From Candidatus Eiseniibacteriota bacterium (GTDB lineage: Bacteria > Eisenbacteria > RBG-16-71-46): a DNA stretch of 64,000 bases. The notes under the pieces are model-generated. The model worked only from the letters and a program-made list of their open reading frames with translations. It was not told the DNA's origin and did no database searches. The position numbers and the translations under genes were made by a program. Below are positions 53,053-61,619 of this stretch, piece by piece (within the stretch, counting starts at the first letter, position 1; every line of letters begins with the position of its first letter). Where the stretch lies: contig JACRPT010000146.1 of assembly GCA_016223045.1 (NCBI GenBank), forward strand, positions 1,760-65,759. The letters run 5' to 3'.

Positions 53053-53817
53053 ATGAGACGACCCTGCTGGCTCCTGCTCGCCGTCGCGGCCGCGACCTCC
53101 GCGCCGGCTCCCGCACCCCGCGCCGACGTGCTCGTCGAAGACGGCGGCAAGCTCGTGGTCTGGTCGAAGGGCCAGCTGGTGCGCCGCGAGGAGATCTCGA
53201 TCGTCCGGTCGGGGGACAGCCTGATGGTGCAGGCGGGGAGCTACACCATGACGCCCGCGCCGCCGCCCTCCGGTCCCATCCCCTTCGACAAGAGCATGCG
53301 CGTCGTGCTGGGCGCGGCCGACTTCGGGCTCAGGGGATACCTCTCGCAGCAGCTCTTCGGGCCGGACACGCTGCGGCGCGGCATCGTCATCGAGGGCCAG
53401 GCGGACACGGTCTTCAGCGTGTACCGGGAGCTCAACGGGCAGGGCGAGGGTGACCGGCTCGTGCTCCCGCCCGGGCGGCTGTTCGTGCTCGATCCGCCGC
53501 TCTTCACGCCCTTCGACCTCATCTGCCGTGCGCTGCACGGGAAGGCGTTCGATCAGCGGCCGGTCACGCTGTACGTGCTCGGCGTGCGGGACACGGTGCT
53601 GGAAGCGACCGTCACCGACCTCGGCAGCGAGACCATCCGCTGGGGCGCACGCCCGGTGGTGGCGCGCAAGCTCGGCATCTCCGACGCGGAGACGCGGTTC
53701 CTGGCATGGTCCGGCCCCGACGGCCGCATGTTGAAGCTCGAGCAGCCCGCGTCGGAGCTGTCCGTCCTGCGCGAAGCGCCGCCGGTCAAGCGCCGCGCGC
53801 CGCGCCCCTCGAAGTAG
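53053..53817 (+). CDS. Hypothetical secreted protein
   Basis: Signal-like N-terminus; beta-rich; genome-typical codon usage. Confidence 0.65.
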   Translation: MRRPCWLLLAVAAATSAPAPAPRADVLVEDGGKLVVWSKGQLVRREEISIVRSGDSLMVQAGSYTMTPAPPPSGPIPFDKSMRVVLGAADFGLRGYLSQQLFGPDTLRRGIVIEGQADTVFSVYRELNGQGEGDRLVLPPGRLFVLDPPLFTPFDLICRALHGKAFDQRPVTLYVLGVRDTVLEATVTDLGSETIRWGARPVVARKLGISDAETRFLAWSGPDGRMLKLEQPASELSVLREAPPVKRRAPRPSK

Positions 53818-54055
53818 CCGCCGTCCGGCTCGGCCGTCCCGGCTCCACGCCAGCGCGAAGCCGCTTGCATTTTCCGTGACGGCTGGCATCCTGCCAGCGT
53901 AAACGCTCCCACGTGCATCCCATGCCCCGCGAGCGCGGCGCAGAGGTCCGCGCCGCCCGCAGCGCGCCAGACCCGGAGCAGGGAACGCTCCGGTGGACTC
54001 GCGGGGGACGTCCGATCCGGCCACGGGCCGGGTTCGCAAACAAGGAGGCTCGCCC

Positions 54056-54844
54056 ATGCGTCATCGAATCTGGATGTGGAGTGCCGTGCTGATCCTCGCC
54101 GCGGCGCTGGCCGGCTGCGGCGCCACCAAGAAGGAATCCTCCCTGGAGACCACCAGCGACAGCCTGGTGGCCGCGAATCCGGCCGAGACCGGCCAGGGCG
54201 ACATCACGCCGCAGGAGCAGTTGCCCCCGCCACCTGCCGCCGAGCCCGCGAAGGAGCCGGCGCCGCAGCCCGAGCGGCGGCATGAGCATCCGCCGGCGCC
54301 GCAGCCCGCGCCGCAGCCCCAGGTCCCCAGCATCACGGTGCCGTCGGGGACCGCGGTCAAGGTCACGCTCGCCAGCGCCATCTCGTCGGAGACCGCGCAG
54401 GTCGGCGACAGCTGGACCGGCGTGGTGAAGGACGCGGTGGTGATCGACGGTCGCACCGTCATCCCCGCCGGCAGCACGGTGTCCGGCACCGTGACGGCGG
54501 CCAAGGACGCCGCGAAGGGCGACCGCGCGATGCTCGACTTCGGCATGGCGACCATCCTGGTCGAGGGCCACACCTATGCCGCCCATGGCACGACCCAGGA
54601 GATCGTCGCGGGCTCGACCCGCGCCCGCAACGTCGGCGCGATCGCCGGCGGCGCGGCGGCCGGGGCGCTGATCGGGCGCGCGGTGGGCGGCAGCGGCAAG
54701 GGCGCGCTGATCGGCGGCCTGCTCGGGGGCGCCGCCGCGGGCGGCGCGGTGGCGAAGTCGAAGGGCTATCAGGTCGTGCTCAAGGAGGGCACCGAGCTCG
54801 TCTTCACCACCAGCGAGGCGGTGGCGGTGCGCGAAGGGCGCTAG
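54056..54844 (+). CDS. Lipoprotein with Pro-rich linker, TrbI-like beta domain and glycine zipper
   Basis: Lipobox LAGC; VP.GT...V.L...ISS; GA..GALIG repeats. Confidence 0.8.
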   Translation: MRHRIWMWSAVLILAAALAGCGATKKESSLETTSDSLVAANPAETGQGDITPQEQLPPPPAAEPAKEPAPQPERRHEHPPAPQPAPQPQVPSITVPSGTAVKVTLASAISSETAQVGDSWTGVVKDAVVIDGRTVIPAGSTVSGTVTAAKDAAKGDRAMLDFGMATILVEGHTYAAHGTTQEIVAGSTRARNVGAIAGGAAAGALIGRAVGGSGKGALIGGLLGGAAAGGAVAKSKGYQVVLKEGTELVFTTSEAVAVREGR

Positions 54845-55074
54845 CCGGGGTCAGGGTCGCGGGGGCGCCTGCGGGCAGCGCGGGGCGGACCCGGCGGTTT
54901 CGCGGGGCGGGCCTTCCGGGCCCGCCCCGAGCGTCTTGCGGTGGCGGCGCCGCCCACGGCGGGTTGTCCCGCGGCGGGCCGCACGCGCACACGGGTTGCC
55001 CCGCCGGGTACACCCGGCCGCGCCCGCGCGCCGTTCCGCCGTTGCGGCCCAAGGGGTTGAGCTCGCGGCCCGCG

Positions 55075-55089
55075 TGGCACGCGGGCTGC
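55075..55089 (+). promoter_or_regulatory. Putative sigma54 -24/-12 promoter
   Basis: TGGCACGCGGGCTGC, about 80 bp upstream of the ATG at 55171. Confidence 0.6.
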
Positions 55090-55170
55090 TGTCTACCGGC
55101 ATCGAGACCCCTGCCACACGCCTTGCTCTGGGAAACAGCCACCGCCCCCGCCGGGCACTTGGAGGACAAC

Positions 55171-56103
55171 ATGAAAGCACGACTTCCGATCACCGCCACG
55201 CTGCTCCTGGTGGCCGCGCTGCTGTCCGGCTGCGGCAAGACGAACCAGGTCAGCTCCCCTGTCTCCGGGCCCGACGGCTCGGTGGACCAGGCCGCTGTCG
55301 CCGGTGCCGTCGCGAGCTCGCCGCAGGTCGTCGAGGACGGCGAGTTCGAGAGCACCGAGATGGGCACCATCAACGACGGCCAGCCGGGCGCGACGGCTGC
55401 CATCAGCCCGCTCTACTACTGGCGGGTGATCCACAGCGTGCAGCGAAGCTTCGAGTTCGCGTTCGCCGACACCGATTCGACCGGGCGCCCGACGACCGCG
55501 ATCGTCACCATCCACAAGCTGCTCGCCGGCTCGTTCAACATCCTCGTCGGCGAGCCGGGCACCGACGGCACGCCGATCGATTCGTCGGTCTCCGTGCTCC
55601 GCAAGCCCCTGTTCGACCACTGGGTGCGGCGCCTGCTGCTCAAGCGCATCATGGACCCCGCGAGCGCGCGTGACGCATGGCGCGTGGTCGCGACCTCCGG
55701 CGTGAAGGTGACGTCGCGGAACGCGCAGACCCGCATCGAGAGCCTGCGCGTGCAGACGGCGGATCTCGACACGACGATCACCGACCCGCTGCGCTTCATC
55801 TTCCTGCGCAACATCCTCAAGGTCGACCCCGAGGCCGAGGTCACCCTTACCGTCACGACGTTGCGCAACGACGACGTCGTGGTGCTCCAGTTGCGCAACC
55901 ACCGCCGCTTCCGCTTCCACAACAACGGGGACAACACCTACACCGGTGTGTGGCGGGCCCCGATGCTGGCCGGACTGCGCCACTTCGGCGTGAACGCGCT
56001 GTCGAACGGCACGCTGTTCGACGACGAGGCGCCGTACGATTCGCAGGCGTGGCTGCTGCCCTACCTGGTGCGGCCGAACGAGATCGCTGACACGCTGCCC
56101 TGA
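55171..56103 (+). CDS. Hypothetical lipoprotein
   Basis: GGAGG SD; lipobox LSGC. Confidence 0.8.
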   Translation: MKARLPITATLLLVAALLSGCGKTNQVSSPVSGPDGSVDQAAVAGAVASSPQVVEDGEFESTEMGTINDGQPGATAAISPLYYWRVIHSVQRSFEFAFADTDSTGRPTTAIVTIHKLLAGSFNILVGEPGTDGTPIDSSVSVLRKPLFDHWVRRLLLKRIMDPASARDAWRVVATSGVKVTSRNAQTRIESLRVQTADLDTTITDPLRFIFLRNILKVDPEAEVTLTVTTLRNDDVVVLQLRNHRRFRFHNNGDNTYTGVWRAPMLAGLRHFGVNALSNGTLFDDEAPYDSQAWLLPYLVRPNEIADTLP

Positions 56104-56122
56104 TCGCGAGCCAGGACAGCGG

Positions 56123-56156
56123 ACGGGCGGGTCACCGCGAGGTGGCCCGCCCGTTT
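56123..56156 (+). terminator. Intrinsic terminator
   Basis: ACGGGCGGGTCACC-GCGA-GGTGGCCCGCCCGT followed by a short T run. Confidence 0.7.
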
Positions 56157-56250
56157 CGATGCTCCCGGACCGCGCGACGTCACCCGCCCGGCGGCGGGTG
56201 CCCGCCCACGCCCGGACCGGGCTGGCGGCGGCGGCCCGTGGCGGGTCCGC

Positions 56251-56784
56251 CTAGTGCGGCCCGCCCGGCGGCGGCTCGTCGCCCTCCGGGCGCTTGCGGC
56301 TGAACAGCTCCGCCCACTCCTCGAGCTCCTTCTTCGAGAGCGCGACCGGCTTCTCGGGATCCTCGGCCCGGCGGGGGCTCAGCACGCTCGCCATGAACAG
56401 GTCGGAGAGCGAGATGTCGGCGCCCATGGCGCGGGCGTGGCGCGCGACCTCGAGGTCCGAGGTCACCACCGTGAGACGCTCGACCCGATCAATCCGCGCC
56501 TCCACCAGCTCGCGGATCAGGTCGTCGGCTTTACGGGGCGGCCGCGAGTAGCGCACCTCGACGCGGGCCGACCCGCTGTCGCGGGCGCCCTGCGCGTCGT
56601 GCCCGGTGTCTTCATCGCCGTCGAACACCACCAGGAACTTCGCCTCGCCCGAACCGATCGCCCACGACAGCAGACTCACCAGCTTCTCGCGCGAGTCGCG
56701 CAACGTGCGGCCCTCGCCCGGGCGCAACGACGGATGCCGCAGGATCAGGTTGTAGCCGTCCACGATGATGAGGCGGTCGCTCAC
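56251..56784 (-). CDS. NYN-domain (YacP/Rae1-like) protein
   Basis: IVDGYNL, VVFDG, ADD.I, VVTSD. Confidence 0.88.
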   Translation of the reverse strand: MSDRLIIVDGYNLILRHPSLRPGEGRTLRDSREKLVSLLSWAIGSGEAKFLVVFDGDEDTGHDAQGARDSGSARVEVRYSRPPRKADDLIRELVEARIDRVERLTVVTSDLEVARHARAMGADISLSDLFMASVLSPRRAEDPEKPVALSKKELEEWAELFSRKRPEGDEPPPGGPH

Positions 56785-56923
56785 GCGCGGGACTCCGTGC
56801 CGGGGTAGGGACTGCGGCGCGCCCTCGATGCAGGACGCGCCGCAGGGTAGCACGGCCGGCCCCCCGCCGGGGGCGGACGCGATCACTTCTGAGTCAGGGG
56901 ATCAGGATCACCCGGGAACAGCA

Positions 56924-57505
56924 CTATGCGAACGCGTGCCGGGCCTTGAGCAGCGTGACGAGCTGCTGTGCCTCGACCAGGTCGATGGCGAAGCCGAAGC
57001 GCACGCTCCTGCCGTCGCAGTCGAAGGCGATGCCCGGCCCGAGCACACCCACCAGACGCATCGCCGTCTTCACGCCCGCCAGCGCCTGCGGGTTCGCGAG
57101 CCCCGGCGGGATCTCCGGGAGCGCCTGCGCGCGCAGGTTCCGCACGCGGTCGAGCGGGTACGGCTTCGTGAATCCGAGGCCCAGCACGTCGCGCCGGATC
57201 GCGAGGACATCGGGCAGCAGCCGGACGCGCTCCTTGCCCGCCAGCATCCAGGCGCAGGCCGCGAGCGCCGCGCCACCGCCCAGGGTCCAGCCCGCGAGCC
57301 ACACGGCGAGGAACATCCGCGCCTCCGTGGGCCCCGGCCCGAACAGCTGCCGGATGGCGAAGGCTTCGCCCGTCGCCCAGCCGAAGAGCCAGAAGCCGAG
57401 GAAGAGGACCGCGAGCCACACCCGTGGCGCGGGGATGGCGATCTCCAACCCGTCGGCGCTGTCGTTCACCGTGGCGCGGGGCTGCGCGATGTCGAACGTG
57501 GTCAT
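56924..57505 (-). CDS. Hypothetical membrane protein
   Basis: Two Trp-rich TM segments (FWL.GW..GE; WL.GWT.GG); G.I.FD....VRFG. Confidence 0.75.
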   Translation of the reverse strand: MTTFDIAQPRATVNDSADGLEIAIPAPRVWLAVLFLGFWLFGWATGEAFAIRQLFGPGPTEARMFLAVWLAGWTLGGGAALAACAWMLAGKERVRLLPDVLAIRRDVLGLGFTKPYPLDRVRNLRAQALPEIPPGLANPQALAGVKTAMRLVGVLGPGIAFDCDGRSVRFGFAIDLVEAQQLVTLLKARHAFA

Positions 57506-57555
57506 GTGCGGCTCGCTCCGGCTGGAAGGTGCCTCGCGCCGGGCGCCGGCCCGGC

Positions 57556-58791
57556 TCAGTGCCCGCCGTGCGCGGTGTGGCGGATCAGGCCGTTGTTGCC
57601 CACCACCCAGCCGCGCAGCGCATCCACGAAGAACACCGCGTTCAGCTTGAACTGCGCGCTGGGCTGCTGCGGCTGCCAGCTCATGCCGCCGTCGTCCGAG
57701 CGCAGCACGATGCCGGTGCCGTTCAGGCCCACCGCGTAGCCCACCTGGTCCGCGGGGAAACACACGCCCTCGAGCTGGTTCGCGGCCCCCGCGCTCTGGA
57801 GCTGCCAGGCCACCGAGTCGGGGGTCACCACCGTCATCGGGACCGCGCCCTGCGCGCCCACCGCCACTGCCAGCGCGGCGCTGCGGCGCCACACGCCCTT
57901 CAGGTTCTGCGACGTGATCGCGGGCTGCACGCGGAACCAGGTGAGGCCGCGGTCGTGGGTGCCGAGGATGGCGCCGCCATCGCCGACCGCCCAGCCGTCG
58001 CGCGTGCCGGCGAACATCACGCTGTTGAGGTTCGTGACGACCGGGTAGGTCTTCTGCCACGAGGCCCCGCGGTCGAAGGTGCGCAGCACGAGCCCGGCGG
58101 TGCCCACCGCCCAGCCGGTGTCGCGGGTCGCGAAGTGCACGTGCATCAGGTTCTTGGTCTCGCCCACGTTCGTGAGCCGTGTCCAGGCGGCGCCGCCGTC
58201 GGTGGTGCGGAGCACCGTGCCGGCGTTGCCCACCGCCCAGCCCTCGTCACGGCTGGTGAACCACACGCCGTGCAGGCTGTAGGTGGTCGCGATCGAACGG
58301 GTCCACGTCGCGCCCGCGTCGGTGGTCGCGAGGACGACGCCGGCGTTGCCCACCGCCCAGCCGGCACGGCCGGCGGGATCGAAGAACACGGCGTTCAGGT
58401 CCTCGGTGGCGTTGCTGGTCTGCGCGACCCATCCGGTGTCCGCGTACACGAACACTGCGGCGGTGTCGGCCTTGCCGCCCGCCGCGACGATCACGCGCGC
58501 CAGGCCCTCGCCCACCGCGCTCGCAGAGCCGGCGGCGTTCACCGTCACCACCGCGGGATCGCTGCTGGTCCAGCCGAGCGTCGTGGTGGTGACGTTGCCG
58601 GAGGTGTCGCGGGCGACGGCGGTGAAGAGGCGCGACTGGCCGACGCGCAGCGTGTCGGCCCCGGGGCTGATGACCAGGGACGAGAGCGGCGGCCCGGGCT
58701 CGGGCGTGACCGGCGTGATCCCCTTGCCGCAGCCCGCGAGCAGGGCGGCGGCAGCGGCGACCGGCAGCAATCGCTTCAGGATCGGATGCAT
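57556..58791 (-). CDS. Lipoprotein with Ig-like (Big_2) domain and YCF48/BNR repeats
   Basis: Lipobox LAGC; WTSSDPAVVTV; repeated GWAVG..G.VL.T.D.G..W. Confidence 0.9.
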   Translation of the reverse strand: MHPILKRLLPVAAAAALLAGCGKGITPVTPEPGPPLSSLVISPGADTLRVGQSRLFTAVARDTSGNVTTTTLGWTSSDPAVVTVNAAGSASAVGEGLARVIVAAGGKADTAAVFVYADTGWVAQTSNATEDLNAVFFDPAGRAGWAVGNAGVVLATTDAGATWTRSIATTYSLHGVWFTSRDEGWAVGNAGTVLRTTDGGAAWTRLTNVGETKNLMHVHFATRDTGWAVGTAGLVLRTFDRGASWQKTYPVVTNLNSVMFAGTRDGWAVGDGGAILGTHDRGLTWFRVQPAITSQNLKGVWRRSAALAVAVGAQGAVPMTVVTPDSVAWQLQSAGAANQLEGVCFPADQVGYAVGLNGTGIVLRSDDGGMSWQPQQPSAQFKLNAVFFVDALRGWVVGNNGLIRHTAHGGH

Positions 58792-59233
58792 GGGCACTCG
58801 CGGGTGGAGGACCGGGTCCACGGCCCCGCGCCGGACGACGGCACGGGCCGGTCGGTATCGTCGAGCAATTCCAGGGCCAAACCCTCGCCTTGGGATGCAC
58901 TCACTTACATCCGCCCGCTGGTGCAGGATGCGTGGCCTCCGCCCGGTTTCTGCGCACTCCGCGCATCGAGGCCGGCCAGCCTCTGCCCGCCCCGGGCGGT
59001 CGCCGTGACCGCCCGCCCGGGACGCTCCTCAGAGCCCGGGATACGATGCCGGCCGACGCGCCGGGAGGAGGACCGGTCCGTCATTGCCCGGAGGCGGTCA
59101 CACCGGCGCACCCGTGCGCTGCGAGCGGACCTCCTTGAGCCCCTCCCGGCCATCTTCTAGTCTGCGCGGCACACGCGTCGGACGTCGCGCCCGCCGATCG
59201 GGCGGGGCCCGGCGCGCAACCATCGAGGGCGCG

Positions 59234-60208
59234 ATGCTCGAAGTCCGCGACGTGGTCAAGACCTACGACGGGCGTGCGGTCGTCAACCGCGTGTCGTTCG
59301 AAGTCCCGCCGGGCGAGATCTTCGCCCTGCTCGGGCCGAACGGCGCCGGCAAGACCACGCTCATCCGCATGATCACCGACATCCTGCGGCCCGACTCGGG
59401 CGAGATCCGCCTCGACGGGCAGGTGGTGGGCGGTGACGCCAAGCGGCGCATCGCCTACCTGCCCGAGGAGCGCGGCCTCTACCGGCGCGTGAAGGTCGTC
59501 GAGGCGCTGGCCTACTTCGGCGAGCTGAAGGGGCTCGTGCGCCAGGCCGCACGGCAGGAGGCGCTCGACCTGCTGGCGCGCGTGGACCTGCGCGAGTGGG
59601 CGGACAAGCAGGTGCAGGCGCTCTCGAAGGGCATGCAGCAGAAGGTGCAGCTGTGCACCACGCTGATCGGCGATCCGCGGCTGCTCATCCTCGACGAACC
59701 GTTCGCCGGGCTCGATCCGCTGAACACCCAGATGTTCGAGGAGATCCTGCACGAGCGCCGGGCCGCCGGATGCACCGTGCTGCTCTCGACCCACCAGATG
59801 AACAAGGTCGAGGAGTTGTGCGACCGCGCGCTCATGATCAACCACGGCTTCATGGTGCTCTACGGCACCCTGCGCGACATCCGCCGCGAGTACGCCGACC
59901 ACGCCGTGGTGGTGCGCACCGAGCGCGCGCCCGGCGCCATGCCCGGGGTGAATCGCATCGAGCCCGTGAACGGGGACTGGAAGCTCACGCTCGAGCCCGA
60001 GGCCACACCCCAGGCGGTGCTGGGCGCCCTGGTCGAGCGCGGCGTCCCGGTCGAGTCGTTCGCGATCGCCACGCTCCCGCTCGAGGACATCTTCGTGAAG
60101 GTCGTGCGCGAGGGCCGCGGGCTCGATCGCGGCCAGAGCGGGCCCCCCGCCGGGGCGGCGGGCGAAGCCGGGCCGGCGACGGCGACGGCGAAGGGAGGCG
60201 CGCGATGA
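59234..60208 (+). CDS. ABC transporter ATP-binding protein (NatA/YhaQ-like)
   Basis: GPNGAGKTT, YLPEERGLY, LSKGM, ILDEPF. Confidence 0.95.
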   Translation: MLEVRDVVKTYDGRAVVNRVSFEVPPGEIFALLGPNGAGKTTLIRMITDILRPDSGEIRLDGQVVGGDAKRRIAYLPEERGLYRRVKVVEALAYFGELKGLVRQAARQEALDLLARVDLREWADKQVQALSKGMQQKVQLCTTLIGDPRLLILDEPFAGLDPLNTQMFEEILHERRAAGCTVLLSTHQMNKVEELCDRALMINHGFMVLYGTLRDIRREYADHAVVVRTERAPGAMPGVNRIEPVNGDWKLTLEPEATPQAVLGALVERGVPVESFAIATLPLEDIFVKVVREGRGLDRGQSGPPAGAAGEAGPATATAKGGAR

Positions 60209-61494
60209 GCATCTCCTGGGCCCGCGCGCTCATCATCGCGCGCCGCGAGTACCTGACCACGGTGCGGCGCAAGGCGTTCCTCTTCACCATGATCGGGATG
60301 CCCCTCTACTTCGGCTTCGTCATGACCATGGCGATCAAGCCGGAGGTCTCGGACCGCCGCGAGACCCTGCGCAAGTTCGCGCGGCTCGGCGTGGTGGACT
60401 CCTCCGGCGTGTTCGCCGGGGCGCCGCGCGAGATCCGCACCGCGATCGCGGTGGACCCGTTCAAGGATCCGCTGAAGACCGAGACCTATCGCACCGCGGT
60501 GGTGTTCTACCCGGACCAGGCGGGCGCGGAGCAGGCGCTGCGCGCACGGCAGATCGCGCAGGCGCTGGTGATCCCCGCCGACTACCTCGCGACCGGCAAG
60601 GTGCGGCGCTACGTGCTCTCGAGCGGCCTCTTCTCGAACACCTCCGCCGGGCGCCCGGTCGAGCGCTGGCTGGTCCGCGGGCTGCTCGCCGGCCACGTGG
60701 ATTCGGCGCGCATCGAACGCGCGGCGCGGCCCGCCGGCGAGATGGCCCTCTACTCCCTGGACAAGGAAGGCCGCTTCCAGCTCAAGGACGACCGCCGCGA
60801 GGTGTTCGAGTTCATGCTGCCTTTCATGTTCGCGATGCTGCTCGGGCTGTGCATCGTGACCGGCGGGCAGTACCTGCTGCAGGGCGTGAGCGAGGAGAAG
60901 GAGTCGCGCATCCTCGAGTCGCTGCTGTGCACCGTGACGGCGGAGGACCTGCTGGCCGGCAAGCTGCTGGGGCTGGGCGGCGCGGGGCTCACGCTGGTCG
61001 CGGTGTGGCTGGGCACCGGGGCAGTGATCGGGGCGCCCAGCATGGCGATGCTCGAGTTCCACTTCCCGCCCCTGCTGCTGGCGCTCGGGATCGCCTACTT
61101 CCTGCTCGGCTACCTGTTCTACGCCAGCCTCATGACCGGCGTCGGGGCCATCACGAACAACATGCGCGAGGCGCAGCAGTTCGCGTTCATGTTCACGTTC
61201 GCGAACTTCGTCCCGTTCATCATGCTGAGCGTGCTCATGAACCACCCGGACGGCCCGCTTGCGGTGGGACTCTCACTGTTCCCGCCCACCGCGCCGGTCA
61301 CCATGATGCTGCGTGCGGCCACGCCGTCCGCCACGGTGCCGCCGTGGCAGATCGGCCTCTCGCTCGTGCTGCTCGCAGGCGCCGCGTGGCTCGCCGTGCG
61401 CACCGCGGCGCGCGTGTTCCGCATCGGCCTCCTGCTCTACGGCAAGACCCCGAACCTCCCCGAGATCCTGCGCTGGGCGCGCACCGGGCGCTGA
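60205..61494 (+). CDS. ABC-2 permease (NatB/YhaP-like)
   Basis: IARREY, EEKESRILE.LL, GKLLG; multiple TM helices. Confidence 0.92.
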   Translation: MSISWARALIIARREYLTTVRRKAFLFTMIGMPLYFGFVMTMAIKPEVSDRRETLRKFARLGVVDSSGVFAGAPREIRTAIAVDPFKDPLKTETYRTAVVFYPDQAGAEQALRARQIAQALVIPADYLATGKVRRYVLSSGLFSNTSAGRPVERWLVRGLLAGHVDSARIERAARPAGEMALYSLDKEGRFQLKDDRREVFEFMLPFMFAMLLGLCIVTGGQYLLQGVSEEKESRILESLLCTVTAEDLLAGKLLGLGGAGLTLVAVWLGTGAVIGAPSMAMLEFHFPPLLLALGIAYFLLGYLFYASLMTGVGAITNNMREAQQFAFMFTFANFVPFIMLSVLMNHPDGPLAVGLSLFPPTAPVTMMLRAATPSATVPPWQIGLSLVLLAGAAWLAVRTAARVFRIGLLLYGKTPNLPEILRWARTGR

Positions 61495-61619
61495 GGCGGA
61501 CGGCACGGGCGGCGCGTCCGGCTCGCCGGGGAGCGGGGCTGAGCATCTGACGCGTGCGGCCAGCCCTCTCCGGGGGTGGCCGCACCGGATTCAGCGACTC
61601 GACACGGGGTCGTCCCCGA

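Noticed and set aside
53882..53898. GCTGGCA-TCC-TGCCAGC palindrome as a sigma54 promoter or operator
   Set aside because: Poor -12 element and single occurrence; cannot be separated from chance in GC-rich DNA
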